Assembly: GCA_000165425.1 (NCBI GenBank)
Contig: CT868152.1
Span: forward strand, 434,001 to 498,000
Direction of reading: 5' to 3'
Source: Paramecium tetraurelia
Lineage: Eukaryota
DNA: 64,000 bases
The notes below the pieces were generated by a model. It did no database searches, was not told the DNA's origin, and saw only the letters and a list, made by a program, of their open reading frames with translations. A program made the position numbers and the translations under genes. Shown piece after piece: positions 12,956-26,108 of this stretch (the stretch's first letter is position 1; the number at the start of each line of letters is the position of its first letter).

Positions 12956-14300
12956 ATGATAAGAAACAGTAGTTCATATAGCATTTAGGAGTCAACATAC
13001 CAAATTTAAAAACCTAGTTCGAATTTAGACATGAATTGTACCAATAAACACTTATAAAAGCTTCAATGTGTTTAAGTCAAGAATTCTAATAAAATAGATC
13101 ATTGAACAAATAATATGCCAATAGATTTTTAGGTGAATGGCATGAGGAGACCTATCGGGTAACGAGAAAATATGTTCCTTCCCAGACAAAAGGATTAAAT
13201 CTGTATACAACCTATTGCACCCCAGAAAATCCAATTGCAACAATAGTAATACTTCACGGGTATGGAGATCATTCTGGTAGATACTTTCACGTAAGATAAG
13301 CCATCATCATTAGGTTGCAGATGAATATGCGAAATATGGGTTTTAAGTCATTTTATATGACTAAAGGGGATTTGGTAATTCAGGTGGCATCAGAAGCCAT
13401 GCAGATATCAAATAAATGCATTAAGATCTAGAATGCATTTTAGAAACAATAGAAAGATCCTAATCAATATTTTTATAATGCTAATCTCTAGGTGCTGCGG
13501 TTGGATTAAGTTTCTGTATTGCAAATCCGTCAATTATCCTCTAAGGAGTCATAGTAGTAAATCCATATCTTTAATTTGCCGAAAAATATGGATTTTTTAA
13601 AAGGATGTTGCTTACTGTAATGAATAAGATAATTCCTGTATAATTTCTAAGTTATTTTAAGGGTCTCATGGTTAATTCCTATATAGATTATGGCCATTGC
13701 AGTAAAAACAATAACATAATCAAGAGTGTTGCTGAGGATAGTCTTGTACAACCCTTTATGAGTATTGGAATGGCTTATAACATATTGCAGTTGGATTCTT
13801 ATATATTACCCAATGCTAACTAGTAAAACATTAGAGTTATTTAAGATTCACTTAACCTTTATTGATTTTACATGGGAAAGAAGACAAAGTGGCCAGTCAT
13901 ATGAATTCAGTAGAATTATATCGTGAAGCAGGATCGAAGGACAAGACATTAAAATTATTTGATAAAGGATTCCACGAACTCCAGAATGATGTAGAATTTG
14001 AAAGAGTGAAAAACGTCATCCTCAATTGGTGTTAAAAATAAATTAACAAAGATAAGAGAATTAGTATTATATCAAAAACATATTTTAGGTTATTTAAGAG
14101 GGCTAAGTCATGGTTTAATTGCCAAGAACAATAATAGTTCGAAATTCTTAGTTCTTTCTTGGATTTTTATATATTTCATGTTAAAAAAGTAAAAATTTGA
14201 AGTATTTATTAGTAAAATGAAAAATCTTGGAAAAATTGCTAAATCTATTTGTATTTTAGCATTGATGATTGCATCTCTTATTGTTCGTATTAGATGGTGA
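12956..14300 (+). CDS. Alpha/beta hydrolase, monoacylglycerol lipase/lysophospholipase family
   Basis: LHGYGDHSGRY, YDQRGFGNSGG, nucleophile elbow CQSLG, LHGKEDKVA, FHELQND. The start assumes a 20-nt intron at 12969-12988. Confidence 0.88.
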
Positions 14301-15083
14301 TTATTGTTTAACAAAATTTTAATTTAATTTAATTTAAAAGTATATCATATAAATTGTTTTATAATTCCTTTTACACTCATGCATTTCACTAAAATCTAAA
14401 AGAATTCAATAGCAGGATTCTATTGCACACATGTACAATACTTGTAAAATTTTATAATGATTGAAATAAAATAAAAATGAGAATGCATTAAATAAAATTT
14501 CATTTAATAAGTTGCAATTCCTTTAAATTAATTATAATTACCAAAAGAGAGCATGTTAATAACAATTATTATATGTTTTTTTATTGAAGATTTTTATGCT
14601 CCAAAAACTAACAATAAAATTCTTAAGAATTATGTTTAGTTTAAATGATTAGAATCAATAGAGGAATTTATTATATATTTAAGATTCTATAAAACCTATT
14701 GAAGTGACGAAACATGTAAAAATATTCTACTCTCTTAATATATTTATAATTCTAATTCATTTTAATTTCAGAATTGCATATCTCTTAAATAGATGATAAA
14801 GTTTTTATTAATAATAGTAGTTTATCTCATTTCTATTGGTATAGATAATAAAGAAACTTTAATGCTAAAATATTATTTTGCTTTTCTACTCTTAGGAGTT
14901 CCATAATGCCTCCTATTTGAAATAAATTATATCGATAGTTATGAGTATCTGTAAAATCAAATTTATACCCCATAATTAGGCAATTTTTTATAAAATAATT
15001 AGCAACTCTTATGTTTAATATTCCTTTGGTTATTTATACTTTAATAATTATTAATTTCTATTAGAATCAGTTTATATCATAAA

Positions 15084-15923
15084 ATGTTATAGAATGATTG
15101 TTTAGAAAATGAAGATCCATAGAAGGAAGAAAAAGAACAATGTATGATTTGCAGAAATATGATTTTGAAAGCTGAATTAAAATAACATTAAATGAACTGC
15201 ATGAATACTTTGTCCTTAACTGATTAGGAATTCTTGGATGAATAATTAGCTCAATTAATTAGAGATTAGAATTTTTTGTCTACTATCTTTACAACTAAAA
15301 AACCCAACGATAGCCAAAACGAAGCTCAAATTGACCCTACTCAATAATAAAAAATAATAGGAGTGGAGATAGAATAAAAATAAGCATAAAATCAGAAATA
15401 AAATGACAACATAATATAAAATGTTTTGGAATCCAATAAAATATCTGAAAAACAATTTAATGTAATTCTTTTTTTATTTTAAGCGATAAAAGAATGCTGA
15501 TTAAAATGAATAATTTTCATAGAACATCCATTTAGATGATATTTTGATGATATAATCATAATAGTAATAAAAAGAATAATAATTAAAATAATAGTAGTAA
15601 TAATAGTAATAAAAATAATAGTAGTAATAATAATAGTAATAACACTAGTAATGTTAATAGTAATAATAGTAGTAATAATAATAGTAATAATAATTGTAAT
15701 AATAAAAATAATAGTAATAATAATAATAGTAGTAATAATTTTAATAATAAAAATAATAGTAATAATACTAATAATAATCATAATAATAATAGTAGTAATA
15801 ATAATAGTAATAATACTAATAATAGTAGTAATAATAAAAGTAATAATACTAGTAATAATAATAGTAATAATAGTAATAATAATATTAATAATAGTAATAA
15901 TAATAGTAGTAATATTAGTTGCA

Positions 15924-16001
<78 letters not shown>

Positions 16002-16974
16002 GTAGTAATAATAATAATTGTAACAATAATAAGAGGTAGGCGATTTATAAAAGAACACTTCATAGAATAAAAAATATGAAAAGCCATAAAATGATTTAAT
16101 GCTATAAGATGAAAGTAAATAATTATAAAATGATCAATTAAAATAAGTAAATTCATAACAATAAAAACCATAGAATAAACAATAAGAAAAAAAATTTGAG
16201 AAGAAGTAAAAACTCAACTTTGGAAACTAAACTATATAAATTGAGCCGAACTTTAATTAATTTGAAAATAAAGATAAAATAAACTATAAAACCGCAAACA
16301 AAGAGAAGATTGATTTGAGGAAAAAAATTGATCAAACAAATTTGTAATCTTATGAACCAATGCTCTTAGCGGCAGAATAAATTAATTCAAAGAAAGAGAA
16401 AACTAATACTGAAAAACAAAATAGTGTAGATGGTGGAAAATAACAATAAATACCAAATCCTATTCCTATTCCTTAAGTTAAACGGACACTCTAACTATAA
16501 AATTAATATATATCTATGAAATATGAAATATAGAGACCATAGACTGTAAATAAAAGCCCTATAAATTATGAATAATAATAAAGATTTGTATAACCACCTT
16601 TTCCACTTTATAGCATGCAATAATAATAGCAACCAAACTAGAAAAAGTTCGAATACATACCTGGTATGAGACTAACAAATTATTAAGTCAATTAGTTAAG
16701 TTAGGAAGATGTTTATGAGTATTTCACTAATTTAGCATTAGAGGAATAGGTTGGATACTAAAGTAAAATCTTCTAGTTAGAAAAAAAAAAAGTTTAAATT
16801 AATGAAGTTGGAAGTTGCCCAATCTGTATGGAGGATATCTAACCTTCGAAAGAACCAAATGATGTGTAATTGGATTGTAAACATTAGTTTCACTTTGATT
16901 GCATTAAAAGATGGCTTTAAACTTAGAAAAATTGCCCGATCTGCAAGAATCATGTTGATTTATGCTTCACATGA
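15084..16974 (+). CDS. RING-H2 E3 ligase with N-terminal C2HC (UBZ-like) finger and long polyQ region
   Basis: N-terminal CMIC..HQMNC; C-terminal CPICMEDI..LDCKHQFHFDCIKRWL..NCPICK; TGA 16972-16974. Confidence 0.85.
15553..16032 (+). repeat. Coding TAA/TAG trinucleotide tract (~160 codons, mostly Gln) with pure (TAA)25 at 15925-15999
   Basis: In frame with the RING gene; explains the spurious poly-Ile and poly-Leu ORFs in the track. Confidence 0.9.
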
Positions 16975-17104
16975 ATAAATTGATAAAAAATATCTTGCTT
17001 ATTATTTTAAACATTATTTCACAAATATGACGTACATTAATTTATACAAATTGGTTCACTATTTTGAATAAACAAATTAATAATATAAATTTTGAAATTT
17101 AGAT

Positions 17105-18373
17105 ATGCAATAGATTTCCCCTGAGGTTGAGCAACATCTTTCTGAATTATTGAAGCCTGTTCTTGAAAGAGTGGAAGAATTAAAAATTAGAGATCAATAA
17201 AATGAAGACTAAATCAATTCACTTGTTGAGGAATTGACTTAATTAAGACACTTAGTTAACTCTCTTAAGCCTTTGAAATCGGAGGAAGAGAAAAGTACAA
17301 TTCATAATCAATATTATTAGAATAAATAAAGCAAGAATAAAAGAAAGATAATAATGGAAATCATGGTAAGCAATATTATTATAAATTCAATTTTATTAGA
17401 AAACAAAAAACCTGATCGTCCTTAAACTGGTGTTGTCTAAAAGAATGATTAAAATAAGGTCAAGGAGCCTCGACCTTAAACAGGTCAAAAACCTTTGAGT
17501 TAAAGTGTAATTGTAGATAAGACAGCTACAACTGAGGCTGATAAAGGTATTTGAATTATATAATTATATAGTAACATTGAAATCTCCACGAGATTCCACA
17601 TAAAAGCAACCAAAACCATAAGGATAGCCATAATAGCAACCTCCATAACCTAAACCAAAACCTTAAAATTAGCCTGATTAGAAAGATAAAAAAGATCAAA
17701 AGGATACAAAACCTCATGGTTAAGGTAAGATTAAATATAATATTTAAAAGAACAACCTCAAAAATAGGCATAGCCTCCAAAAGATGAAAAAAAAGTAGAT
17801 AAGCCAAAATAAAATAAATAAAATCCTCCTGTCTAACCAGAGAAAACAGAAAAGCCAAAGGAAGCTCCAAAAAAGTCAGATAAGCCATAAGACTAAAAAG
17901 GTAATGGTTCATCAAAAAATCAACCCAAAACAAATGATAAAAAGGCAGAACCAAAATAAGATGATAAGAAAATAGTAAAAAAAGGAAAATAACCAGCTGC
18001 TCAAACAGGAGATTAATAATAAACAGATGAACAATTTTAATAATAATAATAGGCTTCTTAAGTCAATTAAGAACCAAATTCAGCTGAAAAATTATCAAAA
18101 GAAAACCATTCAGAATAGAATGAGTAATAATAAGAAAACCATTAGGAATAAAATGAATAATAATAAGAAAACCATTAAGAGAACCATTAAGAAAATCATT
18201 AAGAAAATGCGAATAATGGATAAGATGTTGAATAGCATGCACAAGAACAACCCTAGGGGGAATAAAATTAATTTTAGAGCCAAGAACACTAAGAAGAATA
18301 AATTTAATAAGAAAATTAGGAGAATAATTAACCAAAAGAAGAACCATAAGGTTAAGAACAAGAAGTAATTTGA
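17105..18373 (+). CDS. Hypothetical low-complexity Q/K/E/P-rich protein with N-terminal coiled coil and QENH repeats
   Basis: ATG 17105 MQQISPEVEQHL; repeated RPQTG and (Q)ENHQE motifs; short introns; TGA 18371-18373. Confidence 0.65.
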
Positions 18374-18444
18374 GCTTATATAAATTATAAGTACAACAAT
18401 ATAATGTCTAAGTATTTTAATTAATTTCTATTTAATCAACTTTA

Positions 18445-19027
18445 ATGTCGAGCCTAAACTAAATTACTCGCTTTTCAGAACAAGAATCTTTAATGGATAT
18501 AAAATCAGAAGTAAAAGTAACAAGTAAATTAGTTCATGAGAAGAATCAACAAAAACAATATGAAAATGGAATTATCTGAAAGAAAGCATGATGATGGCTC
18601 TTTAGAAAAATCAATCAAAATAACTCCTATGACTACAGGAGACTTCATAGGAATATGGGCTATTGCAATCTTAAAGAGTTTATTTCTAATATGTTTTCTT
18701 TTGATGGCCTATGAAATATATTAGGATATTCAAGCTCATATTGATATTTAAAAAACTAAGGTTTTAATAGAAATGAAAAATTGTGCTGCAGAATTTGATT
18801 AAAATTAATGTTCAGAAAATTACTTAATTGAATCTATGTCTGAAAAATGCAAGGAATTAGAAATCTGCAAAAATTACAATATAGAAATGAAAGTTAGAAC
18901 ACAATAACTTTGGTTATAAGTCATAGGAAATTCATTTGAAAATATGTTCAAAGCGCTTTCTCTAAAAACTTGTATCATGATCTCTTTTATAAGCATCATA
19001 ACTAGTATTATATTTATTAAAAATTGA
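18445..19027 (+). CDS. Brr6/Brl1-like nuclear envelope protein
   Basis: Two hydrophobic segments flank a four-Cys luminal domain NCAAEFDQNQC..EKCKELEIC..R..FENMFKALSLKT; intron 18511-18532. Confidence 0.75.
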
Positions 19028-19323
19028 TCATTCATTTATTTCTTTATGTAAATAGTCCTTCCACAAAATAATGTTGTTGCTTTTAAATTAAGGATGTACT
19101 AAAATTATTCTCATTATGTGTTTGATTTTTATATTTTATCCTCAAAATCAACTAGCAAGACGACTTATGAGAATTCAAATATTTCGAATAAGTATGAAAT
19201 TGTTATAAAATTCTATTTTTTAGAAGAATAAAATTAAAAACAATCAAAATTAGAAGGAGATTAATTTACCATCTCATATTTTAATAGAATTAAAATTATA
19301 TAATATTAGCCATTATGTTTATA

Positions 19324-20638
19324 TCAAACAAATTACTTTAAATAATTTCTGTAAGGCACGCTTGGTCTTCTAACACTATGACATAGTAAAAGACTTGCTG
19401 TAAGAACATTTAAAGCGTTAAATTGATGGATACTTCCTGAATGAACTTAAACCTAGAATAATAGTGCTGCTTACCTAATTGAGCAACGCAACAATTCCTG
19501 TGAGTAGTTAATAATTTAGAACTCCATAAAGGGCATAACACATGTACCTTGCTTGTTTTGGAAGATTGCTCTTATATGCTAAATAAGTAATATATGATCC
19601 AAAGGTGTATGTTAAATATGCAGCATTCCTATGGTTGAATTGTACCCTAAAATATAGTTAGCTATTATTACATCACAACATTCTCAAAAAAGTTCTTATA
19701 AAATGGTGATGCTTTAAATAAATTGGCTGGAACTATTTATCCATTCATAGTTGGCCATGTATTGAAAACCTTTCCTGCATCTATACCTGCCATAGCAGCT
19801 CCAGTTAATAAATTGATGGCAACTAAATGAATCAAACCAATTCCAAGTCCTCTGAATTTAAGGTGTGTTTTATAATTTTCTGGGGTTATTTATAAATGTT
19901 GGGGTTTTTTAAAAAGAGTGGCAGCATTCCATATTAAAAGAGAATATAATGACAAAGCCATTGATAAATGCACTGTAAGTCTATAAGTTGAAACTCTGGG
20001 CTTTTGTTAATACTCAGGTTTGGGACGATCTAATCCTGATTTGACCATCCACCATCCAATTAAGCCTTATAATAATCCAAGTCCACCAATGGTTCCAAGT
20101 CTTTTTGCATACTATGGTTTAATCCATTTCATAGCTGTAAATGCAGCTAAGGGTAATACATAAAGAGCTCCCAAAGTTGATCCAGATACTCTATGTAAGT
20201 ATTCAACAATAAAGATTTTCTTGAATTTCTCTAAATCAATAGGAGTATGTTAATATTCTGGAAACTGTTTGTAATAGTCAAATTCCTTCTCCCAATCGGC
20301 TTGATTTCTTGGGTATGCGTATTCTATTGGTTTCCATTTTGTCATAGATAACCCTAAATATAATTCAACATATATGAACCTGAATGAGTAAGTCTAGTGT
20401 ATCCACCTAACAAGACCATAAAATACACTCCTCCTGCACAAAGAAGCAACCATCCTCCCAATAGCCATCTTTTTGATGGATCTACCCATTCATTGACTGG
20501 GTCTTCGAAATGAGCATTTCTGTCAAATTTTGCATTCTTACTAGCTTCAGCATTCGAGAATTTGTAGAATCTATTATTTTACAGAGGCTTTAGAGTTGTG
20601 GTTAAATTTTTGAATGTTCTTATTCTTGAAAATAGCAT
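19324..20638 (-). CDS. COX15: Heme A synthase (cytochrome c oxidase assembly factor)
   Basis: LGGYTRLTHSGLSMTKW, WEKEFDYYKQFPEY, EYLHR, QGLIGWWMVKSGL, PRVSTYRLTVHL; basic N-terminal presequence. Confidence 0.95.
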
Positions 20639-20696
20639 AAAAATGATATAAAATTAAAATAAAGACTAGATCTGTATTAATAATTAAAAATTAATT

Positions 20697-21005
20697 ATGG
20701 ACGAGCCAAGCGAACAAGAAATTGACGAACTTTAAAATTAATACTTTCAGGATAAGATGTTTAGAGTTTGTGCAAAAGCTGTTATTAATGATGATGCATA
20801 TTTTAATAGATTATATGAACCAGAATATTTGCAAGGTTTAGCTGATAGAGCAAAAGACTAAAAGGAGAAGAATGATATTCTTAACCAAAAGAAAAAAGTA
20901 GAGTTCAATTAAAATAATGTAAAAGAAATGTTTTATTAATGCTTTAATCGATACTTCTATGTTTATGGTGTATTACAATAAGTAGCCCATGCAGAAGAGG
21001 ATTGA
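20697..21005 (+). CDS. 102-aa protein, possible divergent small-Tim-like helix-loop-helix
   Basis: Intronless ORF with MFRVCAKAV...MFYQCFNRYF, two Cys only. The family call is inference. Confidence 0.55.
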
Positions 21006-21867
21006 TAATCTAATAAAACTATTAATAATTTAATTATTCTCTCTAAATCATTCACAAGAGCAATCTTAATTCTAATATGCAATATAATTAGAAATCATAT
21101 ATAATAATATATTTTATTCTTTAACAACAATTTTAATACATCTAGATATTTCTTATTATTTGAGTTACTAAGAATTCTTTTTCAATTTCAAATTTTGGAA
21201 AAATAATTATAAAATACGCATTACAATTTTGAATGAAATGTAAAAATACTTCAATTTAGTTATCTGATGTTTATTGATTTAGAAAATGACAATCTTATAT
21301 AATACTAATTTAAACATAATATGTTGAGAGAATTCATTATATTTCACAGACTTTCTTTGAAAATATCAAAAGCTACTGTAAGAACTTTCTTAATTATTAA
21401 GGTATTACGTATTGCTCCTTATGTATAAACTAATGATTTATCCTTTTGGTAAGAGACAGCATAACTATTATTTTATTATCTTAGGTAGAAGAACAAAAAG
21501 TAAAAGTAGGACATAACTTCATTATTGATATTAGATATAATATAGTTTAAAGAAGTTTCTAATTTAAAGTTAAGATTAGTCAATTCTTCATAGGTCCTAT
21601 TTTAAAAACATACTTTCTCGTAGATTTTCTTGTAAATTTAGTTTATAAATTAGTATTAATACTATCCCTTTTAATGATCTTATTTATCTTGAATTTCTAC
21701 AAAATTTTATTTAATATACTTTTGCTTTCCTTTTATCTGTCTAGTTACATTAGGTTGTTGTTGCCAGAATTGGTTTACTATAAGGTAAGTCATAACGAGT
21801 GTACCTCAAATTAAATTTAATAAGAATAGAGATTGAATTTTATTATTTCATTTTATAATAATGGACA

Positions 21868-23240
21868 ATGAATTAATAGATATACCAATTGATTATGATG
21901 AACCAAAACTAGACTCATAAGAATCATACCAAACATAATTGGAATAAGTGTCTTAAATATTTATACCCACCTCTCCCAATACTCTAAGTTGAATCTTCTG
22001 AGAAATCCAATATTCATAAAATCAGCTTCCACCTTACAGAATAAGTCTAGTAGAGCTACACTTAATATTACGAAAATATTTCTTATTAGCTGTGGAGTTA
22101 AGTAGAAGAAGAACCTGCTCATACAGTACAAAGAAAATATACACATTTCGAATGGTTGAATGCAGCATTAAAGCGAGAGTTCCCAGGACTTTTAATTCCT
22201 GCCATTCCACCAAAAACAGTTTTAGCTAAAATTAATCTAAATGAGCATACTTAATTAGTGAGAGAGAAACGATATAGAGTATTTTATTTATATAAAATGT
22301 TAGCAATTGGCAGAATTTTTAAATAAAATCAAAGATCACCCTCAATTGTAAGTTAGTAGTAAATTTCAAGTATTTCTAACAGCATCTTAAGATGTATAAA
22401 TATATAATAGATTTACAGGTCATGCAATAAGAACTCTTGGAATTGTCATAATATCAAACATATGTCCATCAAATAGGATCAGCCATTGCAAATGCTGGAT
22501 CAAAGGCATATGATCTTGCCAAAGGATCTTTTAACTACTTAAGCAGCTTCATATACAATGGTTAATAGAATTCCCAAAAATAAATGCAATACCCTGAATT
22601 AGAGATTACCCATGAAATCAAGGAATGCTTTGAAAGTTGGGAAGATGTATAGAATTATCTAATTATTTAGTTATTGATTGAAGAATAATAGAAGGTTAAA
22701 AGAATATTTGAATACTACTAAAATATTGTTAACATTAAATTAGAATAAAATGATGAAACTAAAAAAGTCATAAGTTCAATGAAGGAACTCGAACTCCCTT
22801 AACTGGAAAAGGACATCAAAAAAACTGAAGTTAGTTGCTACCTCAATGAGACGATCTTAAATGATATTAAATTAAGTGTAATCTTCAAATTAGAGGTACA
22901 TATCTCCTTTTAAGTAGCTCTGTATTTTGGATTTAGATGAAGCCGTTGGAATAATTAGGAGGCGATCTGATTTGATATATTAGATTCAATAATAAATCAA
23001 AATGCACAATCAAATTGAATCTTTTAATGGTATTTTGAATTATTTACTCAAGAAAAAATTTAATATAAGGACTAGATCAGAGAGAACCAAAAAGTACTTA
23101 AAATCTTAGAATCGAACTTTTAGAAAGATATTACGAGATTTGCTAATTGGCTTAACAATTATCTCTAATAATTAATTAAGAGTTATAATGAATAGTTTTA
23201 AAAATTGTATAAAGAATAAAACAAAAATTGGAATGAATGA
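21868..23240 (+). CDS. PX-domain (sorting nexin-like) protein with C-terminal coiled/BAR-like region
   Basis: TVQRKYTHFEWLNAALKREFPGLLIPAIPPKT; start codon uncertain; TGA 23238-23240. Confidence 0.8.
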
Positions 23241-23257
23241 TTATATTTATTATTATT

Positions 23258-24913
23258 ATGAATATTAGATAATTAGACAACATCGTTTCGTGGCTTCTTT
23301 CTAAATTCAAGTCTTCGCCCTATAGATGGAACGAATAATAATTGAATTCCTTTTGTGAATCCGTTGGATTGTAATGGGCTGTGTCAATAATAACCGTATA
23401 TGACTTCATCAATATGTAGGTATAAGCTGCCCCAAAGTAGAGATCTTACAATAACTAAGAGGCACACACTCATGCTAACAAACTATAAATCCCTCTGTTA
23501 GATGCCTGTACAAGATAGTATGAAGAAATACTCGAATTGTGCAATGCTTTGGGCATTTATAAATTGATTAGTCATTCTATGGATATCAACCTTTATTATC
23601 AGATTTAGAAATTAAAGATATGGTCCCTTATAGTCTTGAAATATCAGCATTATAGAGAAATGTTTAAGAAGCATTATGGATCCAAATTCTTTTCTACTTC
23701 TAAATGTAAGAGTTGTACTGCTGAAATCAGTTGTGCATGTCAGATATTAAACAATTTGCTATGTGAAATTGAGATCTACATTAAAAGTATATATGAGCTG
23801 CCCAGTACTCAAAATCAAAACAGAAGATGTTCGATGTATATAAGTTCAGACATAATCAATTTATTGTTGAAATCTATTTCGCATCTGCCTTCATATGATT
23901 AATAACCTCTATTTTGGGACATGGATGATATTAAAGTTCTATTGCATGTAATTAAATTCCAAGATTATTACTAATTGCTATTCTAAAACTAAATAGACGG
24001 ATTCATTCTACTAATTTTGGTCAATCCCCCTTTTAAGGGAGACAATTTATTTTTAAAATGTTTATTGATGAGTTAACAAAATTAAACACAGAAATCATAA
24101 AACTTACTCTATTAAAATCGATAAAGTATGGTCAGAAATACAATGTAGACAGCAAGCAAGTATCATTAAATAAATTAATTTCTTCATTTATTACATTATT
24201 TATTACAGATATTGAGTTTAGCTGCTTACAAAAACTAGGAATCATACACTGAATACAAACAATTGGGATAAAGAAAAGTAAGTCAAATCAGATGGATATC
24301 CTTATACTATTTTACAAAAGACTCTCAAGTCGGTTAAGCCAATAGAAAATCAACACTTACTGATTAATTTATGAGATCATCAAAATCATATGGAAATGTT
24401 GAAGGCCAAATGAAAAATAGGAATAAAACTGAGACTTTGGATTAATTTGAAATTAAGATTATGGTGACCGATCAAAGTTTAGAATAGATTAAAAAATAGT
24501 TTAGTCAGCCTAATGTTACACACTCTGCCTAAACATCACCATATGTTTAGAGAGATACAAATTGGATTAAGTTTAAAAATTAAACTGTTAATTAATTTAA
24601 TGTTGAAGATAGTGTTAATAATAGAAGTAGTTCATTTTTGATGTATATTGTACTTATAATTATTTAAGACCAGATACTGATGGCAATACAATTGAACAAG
24701 AAAGGGATAGACTGAATACAGAAACCCATGTTTAAATTGAAGAAGACATATTATCAGGGAGTAACGTTAATCAGTCATAAGAAGAACAGTCATAATAATT
24801 ATCTAATTAGGAAGAAGAACAGCAAGAACTTAGTGATTAAATGCAATAATCAGTTGCATTCATGGCATAATCAATATTAATTTAATAATCTTAATTATTA
24901 TAATAACAATAAC

Positions 24914-25005
<92 letters not shown>

Positions 25006-26073
25006 GATATGGGTGAATCTGTTATATTAGGTTAAGCTACAGTGATGTCATAATCTACAATGTTGCAGTAGTCAGTAATGATTTAATAACCAACAACGAT
25101 GTAATAGTCAGTTATGATGTAATAATCTGTTATAATGTAATAATCAACAATGATGCAATAATCAACGATGCTAGAAAAGTCAATCTAAATACAATAAATA
25201 ATTGAATAATAAGATAATTAACGAGTAGAGTACTTATTATAAAATAATTTTTAGATTTAATAATAAAGATCAATCAAAGAAAAGATATTGGAAAGAATAG
25301 AAAAATTAACTCTTTAGCCATTGTTTGATTTATTTTAGCTTTAATCATAAACCCACTTGAAATTGAAATGTGACGAGCAATAAAAAGTAGATAATTTAGT
25401 TAAAATTAGTTAAAAGTTGTAAATATCTAAGGAGCAAGTTTTGGCAGGAATGAAGATTGCACGTTTGCCTTTACAGATCATTCTAAAATTAGCAGCAAAC
25501 ATTGCTAAATATATTATAAAGATAGTATTATTTTTAAAATAAATTGACAGAGACATTTTATTTGGTTGATGTTGGATCAAAAGGTGGTACTTTTATAAAA
25601 ATAAACCATAATTTTGTAATTGAAAAAGATATGTCAGTGTATATAGGAAATCGATTTGCATTTAAAATAATTGACATTAACACAGAGACAGGATTCTTGG
25701 AAGTCAGATATGAGCATGAAGGAACAGCAAAGCACAAATAAATATAATTAAAAAGAGGTGATAAGTTTTTAATAGGGAGAGAGAAATCTAAAAATAATTT
25801 TACATTTATGCATTCTTAGTAAGTTTTATCATAAAGAATATTAGATGCAACAGATTAATGAGTGCAAAACATATGGAAATCTATTATGATTATAATTTTA
25901 AAGCGGGATCAGTTAAGTTAATGATAAACGATTTGGAAAGCAAAAATGGAACTTGGTTGAGATTGAGTGAAAAGCAAGTTGTTAGTGCACCTTTTCATTT
26001 ATAGAAAGGAGTAAAATTTAATCTATCATTTGAATTGATGTTCGATGTCTTTGAATTGGTGTGTGATGTATGA
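23258..26073 (+). CDS. SAM-like / polyQ / tandem FHA-domain protein
   Basis: SAM-like WDMDDIKVLLHVIKFQDYYQLLFQNQIDG; FHA1 FGRNEDC..ISSKHC..DVGSKGGTF; FHA2 IGRE..MSAKH..DLESKNGTW. Confidence 0.8.
24901..25005 (+). repeat. Coding polyQ tract (35 Gln codons, mostly TAA)
   Basis: TAA TAA CAA TAA CAA (TAA)n in frame within the FHA gene. Confidence 0.9.
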
Positions 26074-26108
26074 TTAGTGATTTATTAAAAATATACATTA
26101 AAATAATT

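Noticed and set aside
15479..16171. Poly-Ile and poly-Leu ORFs in the supplied track
   Set aside because: They are alternative frames and strands of the TAA/TAG polyQ tract.
21006..21860. Possible gene in a long spacer
   Set aside because: Only broken coding-like patches; no coherent gene model.
21861..21992. Upstream ATG of the PX gene in a different frame
   Set aside because: No canonical intron or IES joins it to the PX frame. An in-frame ATG exists at 21868, and a real uORF cannot be distinguished from an indel error.
24160..24208. Apparent 49-nt long intron or retained IES in the FHA gene
   Set aside because: The true frame reads through this stretch without TGA, so no removal is needed.
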